Origin: a virus
Reading direction: 5' to 3' (one strand)
DNA: 45,887 nt
Virus record (IMG/VR): IMGVR_UViG_3300009285_000018
Coordinates: 1 to 45,887 of that record
Shown here: positions 40,570 through 45,887 of the stretch, piece by piece
How positions within the stretch are numbered: position 1 is the stretch's first letter
How the letters are laid out: the number at the start of each line of letters is the position of its first letter
The notes under the pieces: generated by a model
Told to the model about the DNA's origin: nothing
The model's database searches: none
The model's input: the letters and a program-made list of their open reading frames with translations, nothing else
Made by a program: the position numbers and the translations under genes

Positions 40570-43354
40570 CAGGCACTTTTTGCCCGCTTTTCTGCGCAAA
40601 TATATCCTCCACCCGATTGGCAAATGGATTAAAGTCAAATCTCGTAACCGTGTTTTTAAACATTTTCCGCTCCAAGTACCATATCCCCATTCCCAAACAC
40701 ATCACGTCATCCTGTTCCAATTTTTTGTCCGTTATGCCTTTTTCCGGATTGTACTGGTAATTTCCCATCTGCTCTTCCAGCTGCGTAATGTGATACCCGC
40801 GAATTGCGCCGAATTCCGGATTCAGTTCAATAACTTTATTTTCCGGATCGAGTTCGGTTTTGCGATTGCGCGTCATGGCCATCAATAAACAAAAAAGCAT
40901 ATCCGCCTTGTCGCCGCCGGCATTAAAATCCAAAACATCCGTCATCCCCATTTCTACCAGCATCTTTTTTATAATCACCCCGCCCATGGCGCCCGAATCG
41001 TGCAGAAATTTCGCGCCGTTCCATTCCCGCTGCAGCATACGCGCCCGAGCCAGCACCGCGAATGGACTGCCGCCCCGAATTTCTTCCCGAAAAGAAATCC
41101 GCACTTTCCGCAAATGCTTCGGAACTTTTTCATTCAAACATTCCGTATAATCCAAAACGTAAAAAACAGTCGGATCTCCGGTGTCGGCAAATCCCCAGTC
41201 GCCAATCACTAAATACTTATGTTCATACTTCGGCATTTCCGGCACATCCGCATCCCATATGCGCTCAATCAAAATTGAATCAAACATTTTTTTGCCGGTA
41301 GTCACGAACTCGCCGAACATCACCTGCCGGTACTTGGCCGGATCGGTGGATCGAATCTGCGCCGCAATCCGGTCACGTTCGACTGGACCCAAAAATATAT
41401 TGTCCGAAATTTTTCCCAAAAGCGTCCACCATCCCTCCTCGCCCTTCAAGCCCAATTTCGAAATATGAAAAAAATATTGGTGCGACGGCTTATCCACTTC
41501 CGGAGTGGAAACCAAATCCAGCGGCCCGCCAAAGTCAATTAGCCGCGACATGATCTTTGCCGGCAATTCCTGCTTCAAGTGCAGCGAGTTGCCGCTCCAC
41601 GCCACTCTTCCGTTCCTACGGACCATTAGTGTATGATTTTTTTCCAAAGCAAGACACGCAATGTTCCCCGAGTAAAAAACCTTTTTTACGGAAGCATGAG
41701 CAGTATTTTTAGGATGATGGTTGATACGCGGAAACTGTCCACGTTTTCTGAACTGAATCCGATAAAAATCCAGTGAACCTTTTATTTTTCTCCCCTTAAT
41801 AAAACCTCCCGATCCTCCTCTGTCCGCTTTCAAAGACGGGACGAGGCCAATACGCAAACAAAGCTCCATCACATCATCGGCAAGGCCCTTGCTTGTCGTG
41901 CCGTATATACCGCAACCCTTTCCACTTTTCTTATATGAACCGTCACCGAGAATCAGTCCGTCAAAAAGAAGCCGGAGCAAACGCGGAGAAAGGTTTAGCG
42001 TCTCTCGCGGAATTCTTTTGTTTTCAGCAAGACATGGAACAAAATACTTAATAAATTCCGCGAGTTGTTTGTCAAAAACATGATATCCGACTTTGTTGTT
42101 TAAACTCCAAGAAAACCCCATCGAATCAAGCAGTTTTGGAATCACATAAAATGCCTTTCCTTTTTCAGTTTGTGAAATTGTGATTCGACCTTTCCACACC
42201 GAACCTTCCGAAATGTAAAGCCCGAGAAAAAGCAGAAAATCTTCAACTACAACTTTGCGTTCTCCACGAACATATAGTCCACTTCCGGACATCTTATTTC
42301 TATACGCGGGAATCATAAAATAAGCCGATTCACGACCGGTTGCCGTAAAAGACTGGTTCAACTTAAACTGTTTTCCGATAAGGTTCCCCGCTTCCTCAAA
42401 AGCAAACGATCCATATTGATTTGCCCCTTTGCTTTTTGCAACCAGCATCTTATGGTTCGGGGTAACAAGAAGGTCCGTAAACTGTTGTTTCTCTCCTCCG
42501 AACTGGATCATGTCGCCTTCGTACGGCTCGTTAATAACACTCTTCACTTTAACTTTTTCCACCAATCCGGTTTCAATATTTATTGACGGAACCAATTCGC
42601 CGATAGCAACATTATAAAATTTCTTCCAACCAAGATCAGTAAGAACTTCCGTGTCGTCGCTATAACATTGCGCGCACTCATCATATGAAATATACAAATA
42701 CGGAGTCCCGGCAAGCGACGAGGCCTGATCTTCTCCGGTGGGAACCGCCTTATACGAAGTCCCGTTCTTAAAAAAAATCTGCCGTTTTTGAACACTGTCC
42801 GAAACATAGAAATCCGGGATGATACATTTATTATTTATCGTGTTCCCGGCAATCGTAGAGATGAGTTTCGACGCCAAAATATCCACAATATAATCAAATC
42901 CGGCTTGCGCCTGATTAGAGTGCGGACTTAAATTCAGCGTGCCGCAGCGGATTGCGGCCCATTCTTTGCCTTTGGCGCGGACTCCAACCTTATAATAATT
43001 GTACCAAACATGTTTTACCGAAGTGACAAGCGTTTTACCCCAACGGTTTGACGGCACCAGAATATTTTTTGAAAAATCCGGATTACGCGCCAACAGCTCA
43101 TCAAACTCTCCGCGCGATTTCCATGTTCCAAGCAAAGCCCCCAGATCGTACGCTTGCTCGGATTGAGTGCGCGTTGTCATCCAAAGCCATAATTTCTGCC
43201 CGTCGTGCAATTTCACACCCAAAAGATTTTCCGCAAAAAATACCGGATCCTTTTTTCCGGCACGCACCTTGTCTAAAAACTCGCGTTGCTCCGGCGTCAA
43301 ATCCGCAAGCAATGCTTCACGGCTCATTTTTTCTATATTAGTATGATTCCCCAT
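40532..43354 (-). CDS. terL: terminase large subunit interrupted by an intein
   Basis: Contains a Walker A-like RWGKT, Walker B LYISYDE, the STP motif after the intein, and nuclease-domain acidic motifs (VIGDWGFADTGDPTVFYVLD). The protein is 940 aa in total, or 580 aa without the intein. Confidence 0.85.
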   Translation of the reverse strand: MGNHTNIEKMSREALLADLTPEQREFLDKVRAGKKDPVFFAENLLGVKLHDGQKLWLWMTTRTQSEQAYDLGALLGTWKSRGEFDELLARNPDFSKNILVPSNRWGKTLVTSVKHVWYNYYKVGVRAKGKEWAAIRCGTLNLSPHSNQAQAGFDYIVDILASKLISTIAGNTINNKCIIPDFYVSDSVQKRQIFFKNGTSYKAVPTGEDQASSLAGTPYLYISYDECAQCYSDDTEVLTDLGWKKFYNVAIGELVPSINIETGLVEKVKVKSVINEPYEGDMIQFGGEKQQFTDLLVTPNHKMLVAKSKGANQYGSFAFEEAGNLIGKQFKLNQSFTATGRESAYFMIPAYRNKMSGSGLYVRGERKVVVEDFLLFLGLYISEGSVWKGRITISQTEKGKAFYVIPKLLDSMGFSWSLNNKVGYHVFDKQLAEFIKYFVPCLAENKRIPRETLNLSPRLLRLLFDGLILGDGSYKKSGKGCGIYGTTSKGLADDVMELCLRIGLVPSLKADRGGSGGFIKGRKIKGSLDFYRIQFRKRGQFPRINHHPKNTAHASVKKVFYSGNIACLALEKNHTLMVRRNGRVAWSGNSLHLKQELPAKIMSRLIDFGGPLDLVSTPEVDKPSHQYFFHISKLGLKGEEGWWTLLGKISDNIFLGPVERDRIAAQIRSTDPAKYRQVMFGEFVTTGKKMFDSILIERIWDADVPEMPKYEHKYLVIGDWGFADTGDPTVFYVLDYTECLNEKVPKHLRKVRISFREEIRGGSPFAVLARARMLQREWNGAKFLHDSGAMGGVIIKKMLVEMGMTDVLDFNAGGDKADMLFCLLMAMTRNRKTELDPENKVIELNPEFGAIRGYHITQLEEQMGNYQYNPEKGITDKKLEQDDVMCLGMGIWYLERKMFKNTVTRFDFNPFANRVEDIFAQKSGQKVPVRIIDIPEKRIW
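41588..42667 (-). mobile_element. 360-aa intein with a LAGLIDADG homing-endonuclease domain inside terL
   Basis: It starts with CYSDDTEVLT (residue 230), straight after the Walker B segment DECAQ. Block B is LVTPNHKMLV. The two LAGLIDADG-type motifs are LFLGLYISEGSV and LLFDGLILGDGSY. It ends with VAWSGN, followed by Ser as the +1 residue. Confidence 0.8.
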
Positions 43355-43369
43355 GGTTCGACAAAAAAT

Positions 43370-43897
43370 TTATTCTACGGTAGCGGCATCTTGAAACGCA
43401 TGTTCGAATTTCGCTTGCTCACGCGAATCTTCACGCACTTTTCCTAAAGCATGAATTCGGGAGTCTTGGGATTTCATGGCTTTGAAAATCGAATCAGACA
43501 TAATTCGCTGCTCGTAAGCGGTCAGCGAATTCGGATCGTTGCGATACTTCGTCATTAAATCTTCATAAAACTTCGCGCCCAAATTCAATGCGTAAGAAAT
43601 TCCGCGCTGCGTAGCCTCTTGATTGGAAACAATATTTCCGGTAAGACGAGTTTCTTGTTCTGTTGACGGAGTCAAAGAACCCGCGGCGCGTATCCGGATG
43701 AGTCCGGCGGCGGTTTTGGTCCTTTGAAGATATGAAAACCAAGAACTCGCACTATACCCGGGGACAAGTGGTACAATTTCTTCGCGAAAAAACTTGGCGG
43801 CATTTACTTTTCCGTCATGCTCGAGTAAGTTGTTATACTTTTCGAGGATACGGACGTAGTGTATGCTGGAAGTGAATTTTGAATTCCAACGTCTCAT
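43370..43897 (-). CDS. small terminase subunit candidate (position only)
   Basis: About 175-aa ORF directly upstream of terL. The start is placed at 43897 because TGGTATAAT lies inside the longer track ORF. Confidence 0.35.
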   Translation of the reverse strand: MRRWNSKFTSSIHYVRILEKYNNLLEHDGKVNAAKFFREEIVPLVPGYSASSWFSYLQRTKTAAGLIRIRAAGSLTPSTEQETRLTGNIVSNQEATQRGISYALNLGAKFYEDLMTKYRNDPNSLTAYEQRIMSDSIFKAMKSQDSRIHALGKVREDSREQAKFEHAFQDAATVE

Positions 43898-43945
43898 GCG
43901 TATATTATACCATAATGCCACCAAAAACATATACCCTGTGCATAA
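43898..43945 (-). promoter_or_regulatory. DnaA-box variant plus extended -10 promoter of the packaging/late operon
   Basis: Read on the minus strand: TTATGCACA (43945..43937), N24, TGGTATAAT (43912..43904), N6, ATG (43897). Confidence 0.55.
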
Positions 43946-44236
43946 ACCACTTGCATAGATTGATTTTTTTTGCTAAAATTTATGCAGAAAAAGGTCTTTA
44001 AAAATAAATTTTTGACCGAGGGCAAATCCTCTATACTTCTTGACTTACAAAATAAGTGGTAGCACTACCACTAAACGTAAAATGAAAACTACATTAAAAA
44101 AAACTAAAAATAAATAATGAAACTGATTTATAGCGGGGGGCGCGGGCGGGGCGCACGGAAAAAACAGGACATTAAAAAAACACACCGGCGGGCGGGTTTT
44201 TTTGTTACAATAAAAAAAGAATAAGTCAATAGCAAC

Positions 44237-44310
44237 TGTGGATAAGAGGGTTTGCAATATGTTGCAAGATATAATACTATAGAGATATGAAAGGTCGTGG
44301 GTGTGGATAA
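44237..44310 (+). promoter_or_regulatory. Two direct DnaA-box 9-mers flanking a plus-strand early promoter and a TTGCAA-TATG-TTGCAA dyad
   Basis: TGTGGATAA (44237..44245), N6, TTGCAA (44252..44257). TATAAT is at 44270..44275 and TACTAT at 44275..44280. A second TGTGGATAA is at 44302..44310. The next ATG is at 44330. Confidence 0.55.
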
Positions 44311-44329
44311 CTAAAAAGCAAATAAAAAA

Positions 44330-44494
44330 ATGAGGCAAATAGCAGAAATAAAAAATGCCGGCGTTGAAGTGTGGACGGATAAATTCGGTAACTACACACT
44401 AAAAATTGGTACGCGCGTTGCGGCCGTTGTATCCGGAGACGATACGAAACGCATCAATGAGCTTACTAACTTTTTGAAAGGACTTGAAAAATAA
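44330..44494 (+). CDS. hypothetical small protein (54 aa, below the ORF-track cutoff)
   Basis: Translated by hand as MRQIAEIKNAGVEVWTDKFGNYTLKIGTRVAAVVSGDDTKRINELTNFLKGLEK. It is the first plus-strand ORF after the divergent intergenic region. Confidence 0.45.
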   Translation: MRQIAEIKNAGVEVWTDKFGNYTLKIGTRVAAVVSGDDTKRINELTNFLKGLEK

Positions 44495-44755
44495 CATGGC
44501 CAAAATCTACGAAGAAGAATTGAGCGAAGATGAAGAAATATTGGCCGAAGAATTGGGGCTCGGGGACTTTATAGAACATAAAGAAGAATCGGAAATATAG
44601 CCGTTGATCGCGCGCGTTTCACCGCAAAGGCATGAAGCGCGCGCCATTGAGCGGCAGTTATTGCAAGCGGCCGCCGTTCCTTGAAAAAAGATGAATCAAG
44701 AAGCAATTTTTGAAACCGCTAAAAAATTGGTCGCACCGTACGGCCTGAAAATACC

Positions 44756-44989
44756 ATGACAATCTACGAAATCAAAGAGAGAACACAAAAAAGCGCGCCA
44801 TACTTCTTTACAAAAAATGCCCTGAAATTTTTCGGCCAAACCATGCAAAGCTTCAAGATACATAAAATAGATGCCGAACATTACGAAATTACCGCACCCA
44901 TGAAGGATAAGGACGGCCGAAACATGGGAACAACCCGCCGCGTTTTTAACGCCATTACAAATGAACTTGAAACAACCCGCCATGATTAA
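44756..44989 (+). CDS. hypothetical protein
   Basis: 77-aa ORF. Confidence 0.5.
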   Translation: MTIYEIKERTQKSAPYFFTKNALKFFGQTMQSFKIHKIDAEHYEITAPMKDKDGRNMGTTRRVFNAITNELETTRHD

Positions 44990-45335
44990 ATACAATAAAG
45001 AAAAACGCGCCTTCATTGGCCGTATAAAATCACTGGACGGAGAAAGATGGATCGCCATTGAACATAAACTCGGCATTGACTCATCACCGCCAACCATGCA
45101 AGAAATAAACGATCTGCAAATCCGAATATATACCATGATCGGAGGAGGCATGCTCGGAGAATTCGCCATGACGCAACCCGCTGATTTTTATATTGATTTA
45201 CGCGTTGGCCGCCTCCCATATCCTAACCGCCGAATATATCACGCCGTGGAAATTTTACGCGGCCTTGCGCTATATCTCGGGCTCGATCCCTCCCGCCTAA
45301 AAAAGCCGGAATTTCGCGGCTGGTGGATCACATAA
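44982..45335 (+). CDS. hypothetical protein
   Basis: The track ORF is 44961..45335. The ATG at 44982 gives an ATGATTAA overlap with the upstream stop. A terminator follows. Confidence 0.5.
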   Translation: MIKYNKEKRAFIGRIKSLDGERWIAIEHKLGIDSSPPTMQEINDLQIRIYTMIGGGMLGEFAMTQPADFYIDLRVGRLPYPNRRIYHAVEILRGLALYLGLDPSRLKKPEFRGWWIT

Positions 45336-45388
45336 ATAAAAAAAGTGTAAAATTACCCGCACGCGCTACAAGCGCATGCGTCAAAAAC

Positions 45389-45417
45389 ACCCGCTAATAG
45401 CTTGCACGGGTTTTTTT
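45389..45417 (+). terminator. rho-independent terminator
   Basis: Stem ACCCG (45389..45393) / CGGGT (45407..45411), then a T7 run. The loop CTAATAGCTTGCA resembles the loop of the terminator at 928..962. Confidence 0.55.
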
Positions 45418-45586
45418 GTTACCGCCGCCGCAAGCTACCGGCCGGAGGGATCGCCGCGGCCGAACGCGCCGCCCGATCCCGCCACTCCGCCACGCCGTTT
45501 TTACCCCCAAATCCACTCCGACACAACAGAACACCAAGCGAAATTTTTGATTCATCTTTTTCCACAATCGCCACAAAATAGTACAT

Positions 45587-45623
45587 CCCGTATTGCGCTG
45601 AAATCCATTCTACGCAATACGGG
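45587..45623. promoter_or_regulatory. perfect 11-bp palindromic arms (operator or hairpin candidate)
   Basis: CCCGTATTGCG (45587..45597) and CGCAATACGGG (45613..45623), separated by 15 nt. It lies 38 nt upstream of the ATG at 45661. No T-run follows. Confidence 0.6.
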
Positions 45624-45660
45624 GCTGACTATTGCAAGCGGCCAGTACCTTAACAACAAC

Positions 45661-45887
45661 ATGAAAATCCAACTCAAAGAAGCAACCGCAGACCTCACGA
45701 AACTTCTCAAAAGAGCAAAAATCCGCCTTGATGATTGGTACACCCAAACCGACAAAATCAATGAAGCCATACAGGAAGTAGGACTTGTGATCTGTCTTGA
45801 TTGGCACTGTACGGAAATGGAAGGCCTTATAGAAGTTTCCTACTATTCCAACAAAATCTATCGCCGCATAATCATTGATTCGGATTC
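45661..45887 (+). CDS. N-terminal part of the wrap-around hypothetical ORF (continues as 78..183)
   Basis: ATG at 45661 (MKIQLKEATADLTKLLKRAKIRLDDWYTQTDKINEAIQEVGLVICLDWHCTEMEGL...). The frame is open to the end of the window and in phase with 1..183. Confidence 0.55.
   Translation, partial: MKIQLKEATADLTKLLKRAKIRLDDWYTQTDKINEAIQEVGLVICLDWHCTEMEGLIEVSYYSNKIYRRIIIDSD
45811..45887. repeat. Second copy of the 77-bp terminal direct repeat
   Basis: Exact match to 1..77 on direct reading. Confidence 0.95.

Noticed and set aside
44135-44200. G-rich blocks (GGGGGGCGCGGGCGGGG and GGCGGGCGGG) considered as a terminator hairpin or a G-quadruplex
   Set aside because: The two blocks are both G-rich on the same strand, so they cannot pair with each other. 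The G-tract spacing gives only long-loop G4 candidates. They are recorded only as part of the candidate origin region.
44045-44338. 97-aa minus-strand ORF across the large intergenic region
   Set aside because: The translation is low-complexity and rich in F, L and P. The ORF covers A/T tracts, a G-rich block, both DnaA boxes and the early promoter. It has no plausible start context. I treat the region as non-coding.

Overview
This window looks like a complete dsDNA phage genome. The first 77 nt are repeated exactly as the last 77 nt, so the unique unit is 45,810 bp and is either circular or terminally redundant. One ORF runs across the junction.

Layout:
- Plus-strand early and replication block, from about 44330 through the junction to 13859. 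It holds many small ORFs, a YfiH/PgeF-like protein, an SNF2 helicase gene interrupted by an HNH homing endonuclease, a PD-(D/E)XK nuclease, an RmlB-like sugar dehydratase, an Xis-like HTH protein and a RusA-like resolvase. A short minus-strand primase/ATPase pair (7624..9613) sits inside this block.
- Minus-strand late block, 43897 down to 14061. In order: small-terminase candidate, large terminase carrying a 360-aa LAGLIDADG intein, portal, three large virion proteins (578, 428 and 1288 aa), scaffold, capsid, a repeat-rich decoration-like protein, a cluster of four glycosyltransferases and two methyltransferases, tail-fibre proteins (one with Kelch-like blades and near-perfect 66/192-bp tandem repeats), a second free-standing HNH gene, and a lysis cassette with an M23 peptidase.

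I saw no tRNA, rRNA, CRISPR array, integrase, tail tube, tail sheath or tape-measure gene. That suggests a podovirus-like lytic phage.

Most notable non-coding signals:
1. At least 10 perfect copies of the canonical DnaA-box 9-mer TTATCCACA. Most sit in the few intergenic gaps at a fixed distance upstream of TnGTATAAT promoters.
2. A roughly 24-35 nt unit, TTTTAACCCCTCAATAAAAAyATG, fused to the start codon of six consecutive small ORFs.
3. A C8/G8-flanked inverted repeat around a 64-nt AT-only core.
4. Promoters placed 6-10 nt before the ATG, implying leaderless or near-leaderless mRNAs, with almost no Shine-Dalgarno sequences.

All protein calls rest on motifs read by eye from the ORF track. 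No database search was possible.
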